Virus record (IMG/VR): IMGVR_UViG_3300031228_000004
Coordinates: 2,320-66,319 of that record
Source of the DNA: a virus
Reading direction: 5' to 3' (one strand)
Length of the DNA: 64,000 nt
Within the stretch, counting starts at the first letter, position 1, and every line of letters begins with the position of its first letter. Below, piece after piece: positions 41,815-50,846 of the stretch. The position numbers and the translations under genes are program-made. The notes beneath the pieces are model-generated. The model worked only from the letters and a program-made list of their open reading frames with translations. It searched no databases and was not told the DNA's origin.

Positions 41815-42777
41815 ATGGCCGACGCCCCCCGCCCCTACGACATCGGACCCCTCACCGCCTCCTGGATCCGCTCCCTACGCGCCCGCAACCTCAGTGCCAA
41901 CACCCAGCGGATCTATGCCCGCGCCGTAGGCGAACTCCGCACGTTCCTCCTCAACTACGAACCCGACCCCGCCGTACCCGGAGCCCGCCCCGCACCCACC
42001 GCACTCGACGGCGCCCGCGGCATCCACCGCGAACACATCGAGACCTACATCGACAACCTGATGACACGGACATCGCCGGGCAACGCACACCAGCACTTCC
42101 GGTCGCTCAAGACGTTCTTCAACTGGGCCGTCGACGAAGAGGAGATGGACCGCTCCCCCATGCGCACGATGAAAGCCCCCACCCTGCCCGAGGTCGAAGT
42201 GCCGATCATCCCCGACGACGCCCTGAAGAAACTCCTCGGCGTATGCAAGGGAAAGGGCTTCGAGGAGCGCAGGGACACCGCGATCATCATGATGTTCCTC
42301 GACACCGGGGCCCGCCTGTCCGAACTGACGGAGCGGACCCAGGAGAAGCTCGACCTCGACCTGATGGTGCTGCACGTGCAGGGCAAGGGGAACCGGGAGC
42401 GGCCGGCGCCGTTCGGCCGGGCGACGGCGGTCGCGATGGACCGGTATCTGCGGGTGGCTGGCAAGCACGTGGGGCGGGCGCTGGAGCCGAAGGATCCGCT
42501 GTGGTTCAGCGTCAAGAGGAAGGAGTCGCTGACGATCTGGGGTGTAGGGACGATGATCGAGCGGCGGTGCATCCAGGCCGGGATCCCGCACATTCACCCG
42601 CACCAATTCCGGCACACGTTTGCTCACCTGTGGAAGGTGAACCGGGGAGACGAGGACGCACTCATGCGGATCATGGGGTGGCGGTCACGACAGATGCTGA
42701 ACCGATACGGTGCGTCGGCGGGCGAGGAGCGGGCCCGTGCACAGCATCGGGAGCTGAGCCCCGGCGACCGCCTGTAG
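41815..42777 (+). CDS. int: tyrosine integrase
   Basis: DTGARLSEL (R), VQGKG (K), HPHQFRHTFA (HxxR), GWRSRQMLNRY (W...Y). Confidence 0.93.
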   Translation: MADAPRPYDIGPLTASWIRSLRARNLSANTQRIYARAVGELRTFLLNYEPDPAVPGARPAPTALDGARGIHREHIETYIDNLMTRTSPGNAHQHFRSLKTFFNWAVDEEEMDRSPMRTMKAPTLPEVEVPIIPDDALKKLLGVCKGKGFEERRDTAIIMMFLDTGARLSELTERTQEKLDLDLMVLHVQGKGNRERPAPFGRATAVAMDRYLRVAGKHVGRALEPKDPLWFSVKRKESLTIWGVGTMIERRCIQAGIPHIHPHQFRHTFAHLWKVNRGDEDALMRIMGWRSRQMLNRYGASAGEERARAQHRELSPGDRL

Positions 42778-42793
42778 TCGCCGGGTTCGCTGC

Positions 42794-43018
42794 TCAGTCG
42801 AGGCCGTCCCTTGGGTGGGGCGGCCTCGTGTCGTTGCGGGTCCAGCGTCCGCTGTCCACGCCGTCCTGGAGGAGGGTTTCCAGGCACTCGGCGATAGCGG
42901 CGGGAGGCCATGAGAAGTCGATGACCAGATCGAAACTGTCGAGACTGTCTCTGACCGCTGCGGGCGTCTCCCCTTTCAGGTCGGCAGCCTGAACACGGAC
43001 TGTGGGCGACTTCGTCAC
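42794..43018 (-). CDS. small hypothetical protein
   Basis: GAAGGGGG RBS with GTG; lies between integrase and repressor. Confidence 0.55.
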   Translation of the reverse strand: MTKSPTVRVQAADLKGETPAAVRDSLDSFDLVIDFSWPPAAIAECLETLLQDGVDSGRWTRNDTRPPHPRDGLD

Positions 43019-43164
43019 TCGGCCCCCTTCCCCACATGCGCCTGGACAGCACGAGATAGGCACACGCGTTCGATTCGCGCGAGGTTTGATCACCCTACGC
43101 CCGATACCGCGTAGATGCCGTCACCTAATGGGGTGAAAGTGAAACACTCTGTGAGTACAGGCGG

Positions 43165-43584
43165 CTAGTGCCCTGCCTTGCGCTCCTTGCGAAGACCCTC
43201 AAAAAATGCCTCAACTGCAGGCATATCATCCGGAGTCACGCCAGCCGCACGCGCCACGCGCACGACCGCATCATCAACCTCATCACCAGGCTTGACGGGA
43301 AGAGGCGCGGGAGTCCAACCGGTGTACTGGTGGGCGGCAGCGGCGGCTACTCGCCGGTGATCCATCCCGAGGCCGGCCGCAATGGCGCGAACCAGGCGCT
43401 CGTTGAGTTTGATTTCCTGGCCGCTCGCGATGCGCCACAGAAGGTTCGCGCTGGGCTGGTAGCCGCCCTGCGGGTCGATGCACCGTTCGGCCAGTTGCTC
43501 GAAGGTCAGCTTGCCCTGTCCGTCGCGCCTGCCGGCGTGCTCACTGACGAGCTGCGTCAGGGTCTCGGCGTCCCGAGTTGTCAT
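43165..43584 (-). CDS. immunity repressor (XRE-like)
   Basis: LTFEQLAERCID..GGYQPSANLLWRIASG...LVRAIAAGLG; divergent from the cro-like gene. Confidence 0.75.
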   Translation of the reverse strand: MTTRDAETLTQLVSEHAGRRDGQGKLTFEQLAERCIDPQGGYQPSANLLWRIASGQEIKLNERLVRAIAAGLGMDHRRVAAAAAHQYTGWTPAPLPVKPGDEVDDAVVRVARAAGVTPDDMPAVEAFFEGLRKERKAGH

Positions 43585-43669
43585 TGGTGCGCTCCTGGTC
43601 TGCGGTGCGGTGGGCCCGGATGTGTCGGCCCATCCGGTGGGGGTGCCCCGCTCGCACGGCCATTGTCCA

Positions 43670-43693
43670 CATCCTCATGCGCGAATGGGTAGC
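43670..43693. promoter_or_regulatory. operator copy 1 (degenerate)
   Basis: CATCCTCATGCGCGAATGGGTAGC, 18/24 identical to the 43815 palindrome. Confidence 0.5.
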
Positions 43694-43814
43694 TGACCAG
43701 CAAAGGCGGCTGAAAATCGGGCGCGCATGTGTACACGGATGGGGCAGAAGGGGCGCACAAAAACATCCCGAGCGCTGTACTAGACATGGCGGCAGCGCTG
43801 TGCTTAGGTATAGC

Positions 43815-43838
43815 CATCCCCGTTCGCGAATGGGGATG
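43815..43838. promoter_or_regulatory. 24-bp palindromic operator
   Basis: CATCCCCGTTCGCGAATGGGGATG just upstream of the cro-like start. Confidence 0.7.
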
Positions 43839-43855
43839 GCGCTACCGGAGGCTAA

Positions 43856-44251
43856 GTGTCGGACGACAGATACCGCGTGCACGACGGCGACCTGCTTCAC
43901 CGCCTGATGAAGCAGCCGCTACCGGGGGGCGTGGTCCACACGGTCAGATCCCTGGCCAGCGCGACCGGCGTCTCGTACAGCAAGATCCAGAAACTCGTGA
44001 AAGAAGAACGCCCCACCGTCTCGGAACCGGAAGCCAACGCCATCGCGAGGGCCGTCCAGACCCGACGCAGGGCCCTTTTTTCGCCCGCATCATCCCCATT
44101 CGAGTATGGGAATGACCTTAGGGAGGAGGGACATGAACCCCCAGGACAGGGCACTGCGAGCCAGCCTCGCCGCGCACACCAGCTGGGCGAACACGCTCGA
44201 CCCCGCGAGCCGTACGGCGAAGGCGCGAGCCGCGGCGAACGGCCGCTTTGA
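43856..44251 (+). CDS. Cro-like HTH protein
   Basis: HTVRSLASATGVSYSKIQKLV...ANAIARAV; the C-terminal tail overlaps the next gene. Confidence 0.75.
   Translation: MSDDRYRVHDGDLLHRLMKQPLPGGVVHTVRSLASATGVSYSKIQKLVKEERPTVSEPEANAIARAVQTRRRALFSPASSPFEYGNDLREEGHEPPGQGTASQPRRAHQLGEHARPREPYGEGASRGERPL
44091..44114. promoter_or_regulatory. operator copy 3, inside the cro-like gene
   Basis: CATCCCCATTCGAGTATGGGAATG, 20/24 identical to 43815. Confidence 0.6.
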
Positions 44252-44408
44252 GAAGCAGGCCCGCGAGCTGCACCCCGACGCAAGCGACGAGCAGATCGCC
44301 CGCGTCGCCGAGCACCTGAAGAGCGCCCACTTCAAGCGGCTGGCGCTGGCTTCGGCGAAGGCGCGCCGCGAGAAGACGCAGGCCAAGGCCAAGCCGGCCG
44401 CCGCCTGA
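44133..44408 (+). CDS. conserved basic actinophage early protein
   Basis: GGAGGAGG RBS; AAHTSWANT.D..SRTAKARAA...RFE. Confidence 0.8.
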   Translation: MNPQDRALRASLAAHTSWANTLDPASRTAKARAAANGRFEKQARELHPDASDEQIARVAEHLKSAHFKRLALASAKARREKTQAKAKPAAA

Positions 44409-44488
44409 CCCAAGAAGAACGGGGCCGCCCGGATGCGCGTCCGGAACGACCCCTCGGCACACCCCAACAACCAAGAAGTGAGGTCACC

Positions 44489-44752
44489 GTGACCACAGTT
44501 TCCCAGACCCTGGACTCGGGTCAGATCAGAGTCCTCCCCTTGCACGAGGCGCCGCTCGCGTCCGTGTTCGTTGACCGTGACGGCGACGTGTGGGTGCCCA
44601 GCGGCGAGACGGAGAGCGGCGAGATGCGGCTCGTGTGCCCGGAGCCGGAGGCGCCCGGCGATCAAGGTGAGGGCGCGTCGTTCCCTTGGACTCTGCGGCT
44701 GGTTGAGGCGGCGTTCGGTCCGCTGACGCAGCAGTCGGCGGTGTCGGTATGA
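44489..44752 (+). CDS. phiSA1p31-like hypothetical protein
   Basis: FVDRDGDVW...FGPL motif. Confidence 0.65.
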   Translation: MTTVSQTLDSGQIRVLPLHEAPLASVFVDRDGDVWVPSGETESGEMRLVCPEPEAPGDQGEGASFPWTLRLVEAAFGPLTQQSAVSV

Positions 44753-45258
44753 GCGCCCCGACGTCGCATGACCCGCTGGTGGTGAACACGAAGGACGGCG
44801 CCTGCTGGACGCGTCGCACGGTGACGGAGGGCGGGCTCGCCCTGTACGCGCTGGCCGATGTCTGTAAGTGCCCTGAGTTCGTGATGGTGACGCTGGCTGA
44901 ACTGGCTGAGCGCGGGATCGTCGGTTCGTCGGATGTGTTGCCGGTGCCGGTCGGGCCGGAGCCGCGGTCCGTCGAGGATGAGCTGACGGGCGTGCGGTTG
45001 TCGCTGTACGAGGAGGAGTTGGAGAACGCCCGTCTGCGGTTGGCGTTGGCGTCGGCTCAGCGTGGGCGTCGGGAGTTGCGGGCTCGGGTCGCTGAGCTGG
45101 AGGGCGATGTCCGTCGTCTGAACACGCAGCGCGGTGATGTCGCGCTCCTGGTCGAGAGGGAGCGTGGGCACGGCGAGGAGTGCGTCGACATTGACGACCT
45201 GGTGCCCGCGTTGTGCCTCGGGTCGGACGAGCTGCCCGAGGCGGGTGAGGGCTCGTGA
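44749..45258 (+). CDS. hypothetical coiled-coil protein
   Basis: ATGA overlap chain. Confidence 0.65.
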   Translation: MSAPTSHDPLVVNTKDGACWTRRTVTEGGLALYALADVCKCPEFVMVTLAELAERGIVGSSDVLPVPVGPEPRSVEDELTGVRLSLYEEELENARLRLALASAQRGRRELRARVAELEGDVRRLNTQRGDVALLVERERGHGEECVDIDDLVPALCLGSDELPEAGEGS

Positions 45259-45533
45259 GCCACACCCACGACCTCACCGAGTGGGCGGCGTTCTTGTCGC
45301 TCGGTACCGGTCTCACCGCGACTGGCTGGCTGCTGTGGCTCCTCGTGTTTGAGCCGCTGTTGGAGTGCGACCTCGACCCGCGCCCGCTGCTGGCCCGCGC
45401 GATCCACTCCGAAGCCGCCTACCCGCTGCTCCGCGAGTGGGACACCGCACGGTCCGCGTCCCGTGAAGCGCTCCGGGACACCGCCGCCCTCCTTCTTCTC
45501 CTCACCACCTCCCCGAAGGGAACCCTTCGATGA
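45255..45533 (+). CDS. hypothetical membrane protein
   Basis: GTGA overlap; N-terminal TM helix. Confidence 0.6.
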   Translation: MSHTHDLTEWAAFLSLGTGLTATGWLLWLLVFEPLLECDLDPRPLLARAIHSEAAYPLLREWDTARSASREALRDTAALLLLLTTSPKGTLR

Positions 45534-46003
45534 CCGACAACACCAGGGCTGTACGCGGCCCCATGCATGTGGAAGCCACCCCGCTGATGGTGACCGCGGA
45601 CGTCGAGCCCCTCGTCCACGCCAACGTCGCCGAGTTGCTGGATCTGCTGTCCGGCGAGTTTTACGACGACTTCCGTGAGGTCGCCGACCAGGAGCCGACC
45701 GGCGTACACGACGGGCACGCCCCGGAGCGCCTGGGGTTCGAGCGGCTGGCCGAGCAGTTGGTGGAGCGCATGTCGACGCGGGTCTCGCTGTCTGGGCAGC
45801 AGGCGATGCGTGTGGCCGGGCGGATGGCGCGGCTGGGTCGTCCGTTGGCGGAGGCGGCCGAGGCGCGGGAGGCCGCCATGAAGAAGGCGGAGGCGTTGCT
45901 GACTCGTGGCGCGTCGCTGATCAAGCACCTGACACACAAGGCGACCCGCGAACACCTCCGCGAACACCCGCTGCCCGAGCAGCAGGACCGGAGGACAGCA
46001 TGA
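45530..46003 (+). CDS. hypothetical protein
   Basis: ATGA overlap chain. Confidence 0.65.
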   Translation: MTDNTRAVRGPMHVEATPLMVTADVEPLVHANVAELLDLLSGEFYDDFREVADQEPTGVHDGHAPERLGFERLAEQLVERMSTRVSLSGQQAMRVAGRMARLGRPLAEAAEAREAAMKKAEALLTRGASLIKHLTHKATREHLREHPLPEQQDRRTA

Positions 46004-46287
46004 GCGCCCGCCAGTACCTGATCATCGCGTTCCACAGCTTCCTCGCCGGAGCGGTCGCCGCCGCCGCAGTCAACGCCGTCTGGTTCGCCGCCACCGGCGG
46101 TTTCCCCTCGGTGCTGATCAGCATCGTCGCAGCGGACACCGTCGTCGCCGTCTGGTCGGTCGGCCAGGCGGCCCGGTTCCGTCGGAAGTGGCAGGCCGTC
46201 TTGGACGCGTACGAGCGTCCGGCGCTGGGTGAGGGCATCGACACCCCGCACCGGCCGCCGCTCGACGACGAGGACGGTGCCGCATGA
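46000..46287 (+). CDS. hypothetical membrane protein (2 TM)
   Basis: GGAGG RBS; hydrophobic helices. Confidence 0.65.
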   Translation: MSARQYLIIAFHSFLAGAVAAAAVNAVWFAATGGFPSVLISIVAADTVVAVWSVGQAARFRRKWQAVLDAYERPALGEGIDTPHRPPLDDEDGAA

Positions 46288-46580
46288 GCGCCCGTGCCCA
46301 ATGCCGCACCAACCCCGGCCAGTGGCAGACCGTCGGCGAATACCGCGCAACCACCACCGCTACGGCCACCGCCCGCAACGTCCGCGCGGCCTACGTGAAC
46401 CCGCGCATCCCCCAGCGGTCCGCCTACACCCCGGCCGGGGCGTTCGAGGCGCGCACCGCCCGGACAGAGTTCGGGACCCGCGTCGAGGCCCGCTACGTCA
46501 GCGACCGCAACGCCGCATGGGCCGACGCGGTCGCCGCACTCACCACCACCCACAACACCAGCACGGGGGAACCCACATGA
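46284..46580 (+). CDS. hypothetical protein
   Basis: CRTNPGQW...AYTPAGAFEART...ARY. Confidence 0.65.
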   Translation: MSARAQCRTNPGQWQTVGEYRATTTATATARNVRAAYVNPRIPQRSAYTPAGAFEARTARTEFGTRVEARYVSDRNAAWADAVAALTTTHNTSTGEPT

Positions 46581-47665
46581 GCAACGAAATCGTCAAGCAC
46601 CAAGCAGCCGCCCCCGCCACCCTCGACGGCTCCGTCCGCTTCGCCCAACTCCTCGCCGACGCCGACCTCCTGCCCCGCCAGTTCATCGGCAAGCCCGCCA
46701 ACGTCCTCTACGCCATCGAGTACGGCAGGACGCTCGGCATCACCCCCGTCGCCGCCATCACCGGCATCCACGTCATCGAGGGCAAACCGTCCGCGTCCTC
46801 CGGCCTCATCGGCGGGCTCGTCCGACAGGCCGGCCACAAGCTCCGCGTGAAGAGCGACGGCAAGTCGTGGGCCACCGCGCAGATCGTCCGGGCCGACGAC
46901 CCCGACTTCACCTACGAGTGCACGTGGGATCTGGAGCGCGCGGCGCAGGCCGGCCTGTGCGAGATCAAGAACGGCAAGCCCTTCGCAAGGGACCGCAATG
47001 GGAAGCCCGCGACGTGGGAGAAGTACACGGCCGCGATGCTCAAGGCGCGGGCGATCACAGAGGTTGCCCGCGACGCGTGTGAGGACGTGCTGTTCGGGCT
47101 GCACTACACGCCCGAGGAGTTGGGCGCGGTCGTCAACCAAGACGGTGAGCCTGTCGTGGCTGAGGTGCAGCAGTTGCGCCGTGTCGAGCCGGGCCAGAGC
47201 GACCAGTGGTCCACGCCAGCGCCGGAGCAGGGTGGGGAGTTCGAGCCGCACGCCGAGGCTCAGGCCCTGGCTCAGCGGGCCTCGGAGGCGACGACCCGCG
47301 ACGAGGTCAACGTGATCGCGGCCGAGGCGAAGAACGGGGTGCCGTCGGACGCGCGCATCAAGGCGCTCGACACCGGCAAGCCGGACGCGCTGCGCGACTA
47401 CCTGGCCCGCTGCTGGAAGGCGCTGCCGGAGACGCCCGCCGCGGGCGGTGAGCAGCAGGACGACGACGTGACAGACGCCGAGGTTGTCGCCGAGGGCGAG
47501 ACCGAAGCCGACACCGCCGAGCGGGAGCTCCGCGCCGCCGCCACGAAGGCCGGACTCACCGAACTGGACGCCGAGTTCGAGCGCAGCTTCGGACTGCCCA
47601 TCGCTCAAGCGCCCGTGTCGCAACTGCGAGAGATGCAGCGCATCTTGACCGGCTCCGCTGCCTAA
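46577..47665 (+). CDS. recT: RecT/Red-beta-like ssDNA annealing protein
   Basis: IHVIEGKPS, WDLERAAQAGL, WEKYTAAMLKARA...GLHYTPEELG. Confidence 0.75.
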   Translation: MSNEIVKHQAAAPATLDGSVRFAQLLADADLLPRQFIGKPANVLYAIEYGRTLGITPVAAITGIHVIEGKPSASSGLIGGLVRQAGHKLRVKSDGKSWATAQIVRADDPDFTYECTWDLERAAQAGLCEIKNGKPFARDRNGKPATWEKYTAAMLKARAITEVARDACEDVLFGLHYTPEELGAVVNQDGEPVVAEVQQLRRVEPGQSDQWSTPAPEQGGEFEPHAEAQALAQRASEATTRDEVNVIAAEAKNGVPSDARIKALDTGKPDALRDYLARCWKALPETPAAGGEQQDDDVTDAEVVAEGETEADTAERELRAAATKAGLTELDAEFERSFGLPIAQAPVSQLREMQRILTGSAA

Positions 47666-47683
47666 ACCGACGAACCAGTTTCG

Positions 47684-47714
47684 GGCACCCGCCCGCCTGT
47701 AACAGGCGGGTGCC
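47684..47714 (+). terminator. hairpin before the HNH gene
   Basis: GGCACCCGCC-CGCCTG...CAGGCGGGTGCC; the left arm carries an extra CGCC. Confidence 0.45.
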
Positions 47715-47734
47715 CCCTGAACAGGAGACACCCT

Positions 47735-48238
47735 ATGACGACGCTCGGGCTTCGAACCCCCGTCATCGAGCGCATGCAGCGCCTCACCATCGAGGCGCCC
47801 GCCCCGGAAGGCGCCCCCGTCAAGGGCCCCTGCTGGCTCTGGCAGGGATCTACCAACAGCGGGGGGTACGGACAGGTCCACGTCCGTCACGAGGCTGGCG
47901 GCGGCAGTCGCCCCGGCTTCGCGCACCGCATCGGTTACGAAGCGCTCGTCGGCCCGGTGCCGGATGGCCTCCAGCTCGACCACCTCTGCCGCGTCCGGCA
48001 CTGCTGGAACCCCGGCCACCTCGAAGCCGTCACGCCGCAGATCAACTCACTTCGCGGGGAGGGCCACGCCGCGAAGAACGCCGCGAAGACCCGCTGCCCG
48101 GCCGGTCACGACCTCACCGACCCGGCCAACGTCTACCGGAATCCACGCAATCCCAACCACCGGCAGTGCCGCGAGTGCCGTCGCCGGAACCGCCGTGCGC
48201 ACGCCCTGCGCACCCAGCAGAAGAAGGCGAGTGCCTGA
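47735..48238 (+). CDS. HNH homing endonuclease
   Basis: CWLWQG...GYG...AHRIGY...LDHLCRVRHCWNPGHL...N, then CPAGH...CREC. Confidence 0.9.
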   Translation: MTTLGLRTPVIERMQRLTIEAPAPEGAPVKGPCWLWQGSTNSGGYGQVHVRHEAGGGSRPGFAHRIGYEALVGPVPDGLQLDHLCRVRHCWNPGHLEAVTPQINSLRGEGHAAKNAAKTRCPAGHDLTDPANVYRNPRNPNHRQCRECRRRNRRAHALRTQQKKASA

Positions 48239-48768
48239 TGAGCCTGCGAGAGGCAGCCGCCCGCGAGGCATACCTGAAGACCCTCCTCGACGTCGTCAAC
48301 GATGCGTACAAGGAAGCCCGCGCCGAAACCCAGTCGTTCCTCGACACCGCCGCCGAGGAGACCGGCACACGACAGGTCGCCGTCACGCTGCCCGACGGCC
48401 CCGACATCGCAACCGTCAGCCTCACGGCCGGGGAGGCCGCGGCCAAGGTCGTCGACTCGGAGAAGTTCAAGGCGTGGGTGCTGGAGAACTACGACAGCGA
48501 GATCAAGCGCGAGTTCGTCACTTCGGTGCAGCCCGCCTTCGAGAAGAAGATCCTCGCCGAGCTGACGGCGGCCGGCCGCACGGAATGGGCGGACCCGGAG
48601 AACGGGGTCATCCATGAGGTGCCCGGTGTGGAGATCGCGCCCGCCCGTGCGCGTACGCACGCGGTGCGGTTCAAGAAGGACGGCCGGGACCAGGTCATGA
48701 CGGCCTGGCGTGAGGGCCGTCTCGCCACTGTCGCTCTGCCCCAGCTCACCGCTGGCGGTGCCGAGTGA
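48238..48768 (+). CDS. hypothetical recombination-module protein
   Basis: TGATG overlap; located between recT and exonuclease. Confidence 0.7.
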   Translation: MSLREAAAREAYLKTLLDVVNDAYKEARAETQSFLDTAAEETGTRQVAVTLPDGPDIATVSLTAGEAAAKVVDSEKFKAWVLENYDSEIKREFVTSVQPAFEKKILAELTAAGRTEWADPENGVIHEVPGVEIAPARARTHAVRFKKDGRDQVMTAWREGRLATVALPQLTAGGAE

Positions 48769-49508
48769 ACGCCCCCGTGCAGCCCGATCTGACCGGGCAC
48801 GTTGAACTGCCGTGGCACCGTGGGCCGCTGGCCAGCTTTGATACGGAGACCTCGGGCACGAACCCCGCCGAGGACCGCATCGTGTCCGCAGCACTGATCC
48901 GGCCGAACGGCGAGACGCTGTGCTGGATGTCCGACGTGGACGGTGTCGAGATTCCAGCCGCCGCGACCGCCGTGCATCACATCACGACGGAGCACGCCCG
49001 CGCGCATGGCCGCCCGGCGAAGGAGGTCGTCGAGGAGATCGCCGACGCGCTCGCGGGCGAGCTGCACGCAGGTTCAGCGCTGGTCGTGATGAACGCACCA
49101 TTCGACCTCAGCCTGCTCGACGCCGAGTGCACGCGACACGGAGTGCCTACCGTCGCCAACCGGATCGGCGCCGTGGCCCCCGTCGTGGACCCGCTCGTTC
49201 TCGATCGCGCCATGGACAAGTACCGCAAGGGACGCCGGAACCTGGGGTCCCTCGCCGCGCACTACAGCGTCACGCTCACGGACGCGCACACCGCCGACGC
49301 CGACGCGCAGGCCGCCCTCGACGTGGCGCTGCGGATCGCGGAGCGGGAGGAACGGCTCCACGTCCCGGCGCGGGTGCTGCACGGCTGGCAGGTGCAGTGG
49401 CATGCGAAGTGGGCTGCGGGCTATGAGGCGTTCCTGCGGAAGAGCGGGAAGCCGGACGCGGTCATCGACGGCACGTGGCCGCTGCGCCCGGTGGGCGGTG
49501 AGGCGTGA
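48765..49508 (+). CDS. DnaQ-like 3'-5' exonuclease (DEDDh)
   Basis: SFDTETSG, VMNAPFD, VDPLVLD, AHTADADA. Confidence 0.88.
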   Translation: MNAPVQPDLTGHVELPWHRGPLASFDTETSGTNPAEDRIVSAALIRPNGETLCWMSDVDGVEIPAAATAVHHITTEHARAHGRPAKEVVEEIADALAGELHAGSALVVMNAPFDLSLLDAECTRHGVPTVANRIGAVAPVVDPLVLDRAMDKYRKGRRNLGSLAAHYSVTLTDAHTADADAQAALDVALRIAEREERLHVPARVLHGWQVQWHAKWAAGYEAFLRKSGKPDAVIDGTWPLRPVGGEA

Positions 49509-49954
49509 TGTGGTTCGTCACCCGCCGCCGCCACGAGGCTGAACTCGCCGACGCCAAGGCCGAAGCCGACCGCCTCCGCACCGACCGCGACGCCACCGTC
49601 AGCAAGCTCGCCACCGCCGTCTACAACCGCGAACAAGTCCTGCGGCAGAACGCCGAGAAAGACGCGGCGAACCGGCGCTTGCACGGCCGGAACTTGGAAC
49701 TCGGCCGCCGCCTCAGCCAACTGCGCGAGGCGGACCCCGAGTACGCGGCCCACCTCGAGCAGCGGGTTGCCCGCCTCCGCCAGGTGGGGGAACGCATCCT
49801 CGCCGCGTACGCCGCCGAGAAGAAACGGGCCGACCTGCTTCAGGACCGTCTCGACGACGCGTGCGGCCTCAACCATGTGGCCGTCCTCGAGGGCGGCGCC
49901 TGGCAGGCGCGACGCAAGGACAAGCCGCAGACCCGAAAGGCAGCAACGTCATGA
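49508..49954 (+). CDS. coiled-coil hypothetical protein
   Basis: Overlap chain; heptad repeats. Confidence 0.7.
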   Translation: MWFVTRRRHEAELADAKAEADRLRTDRDATVSKLATAVYNREQVLRQNAEKDAANRRLHGRNLELGRRLSQLREADPEYAAHLEQRVARLRQVGERILAAYAAEKKRADLLQDRLDDACGLNHVAVLEGGAWQARRKDKPQTRKAATS

Positions 49955-50226
49955 CCAGCCCAATGCGTGTCCTGCGGCGTCCTGCCCGTGTCCTGCGGCA
50001 GATCGTCGCCCCCAACGGCAAGCACCGGCCGCGCCGCCGCACGGTCGGACTCGAGGAACTCCTCGGCGCCCCGGCCAGGTTCCCCGTCCCGCCCACCGGG
50101 GGCGTGTTCGCGCAGGCGTGGGACGACTGCGAACCGTGCGGCAAAGCGACCGCAGGGGTGCTCCACAAGGACGGCTGGACGTGCGGCGAATGCCTGAACG
50201 ACACGGACGCGGAGGCCGGCCAGTGA
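49951..50226 (+). CDS. hypothetical protein with Zn ribbon
   Basis: DCEPCG...WTCGEC. Confidence 0.65.
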   Translation: MTSPMRVLRRPARVLRQIVAPNGKHRPRRRTVGLEELLGAPARFPVPPTGGVFAQAWDDCEPCGKATAGVLHKDGWTCGECLNDTDAEAGQ

Positions 50227-50846
50227 CCACCCTTTTCGACCTCACCCCGCAGGTACCGGCCGCCACCCCGGCGGCCGGGCCCCGGCCCCTCGTCATCGCC
50301 CTCGACGCCGCAACCATCGTCACCGGCACCGCAGGCGTCGGCTGGACCGACTACGTCCACGCCCCCGCCAAAAACCTCCACGAACGCTTCGCCCAGCAAC
50401 TCGACGGCTGCGCCACCTTCTACCGCCACGCCGACTACGTCGTCATTGAGGGCGCCGCCTTCTCCAAAAACAACCAAGGTGCCGACGCCCTGGCCGCCAT
50501 GCGGTGGATGATCCGCCAAGACCTGTGGAAGCGCGGCATCCCGTACGCCGTCATCAACCCGCAGTCCCGCAACGTGTACGCCACCGGCAAGAGCCGCCCC
50601 GTCCCTACGACGGTCCCGAAGAACAAGCGGTACGAGGTCGGCAAGGGCATGATCCGCGATGCCGTCCACCAGCGGTACGGGCTGCTGACGGAGGGAAAGC
50701 ACCGCTACGACCAGAGCGACGCGTACATCCTCCTCGCTCTCGGCCTGCACTCTCTCGGCCACGTGTTGGCGGAGGTGCCGGAGGCGTGGGCAGTCCAGGC
50801 GCTGCGCGGGGTGGAGTGGCACAACCTCCCGGCGGTGGCGCGATGA
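50223..50846 (+). CDS. ruvC: RuvC-like Holliday junction resolvase
   Basis: VIALD...TG, VVIEG, INP....YATG...K..I, DQSDAY.L. Confidence 0.8.
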   Translation: MTTLFDLTPQVPAATPAAGPRPLVIALDAATIVTGTAGVGWTDYVHAPAKNLHERFAQQLDGCATFYRHADYVVIEGAAFSKNNQGADALAAMRWMIRQDLWKRGIPYAVINPQSRNVYATGKSRPVPTTVPKNKRYEVGKGMIRDAVHQRYGLLTEGKHRYDQSDAYILLALGLHSLGHVLAEVPEAWAVQALRGVEWHNLPAVAR

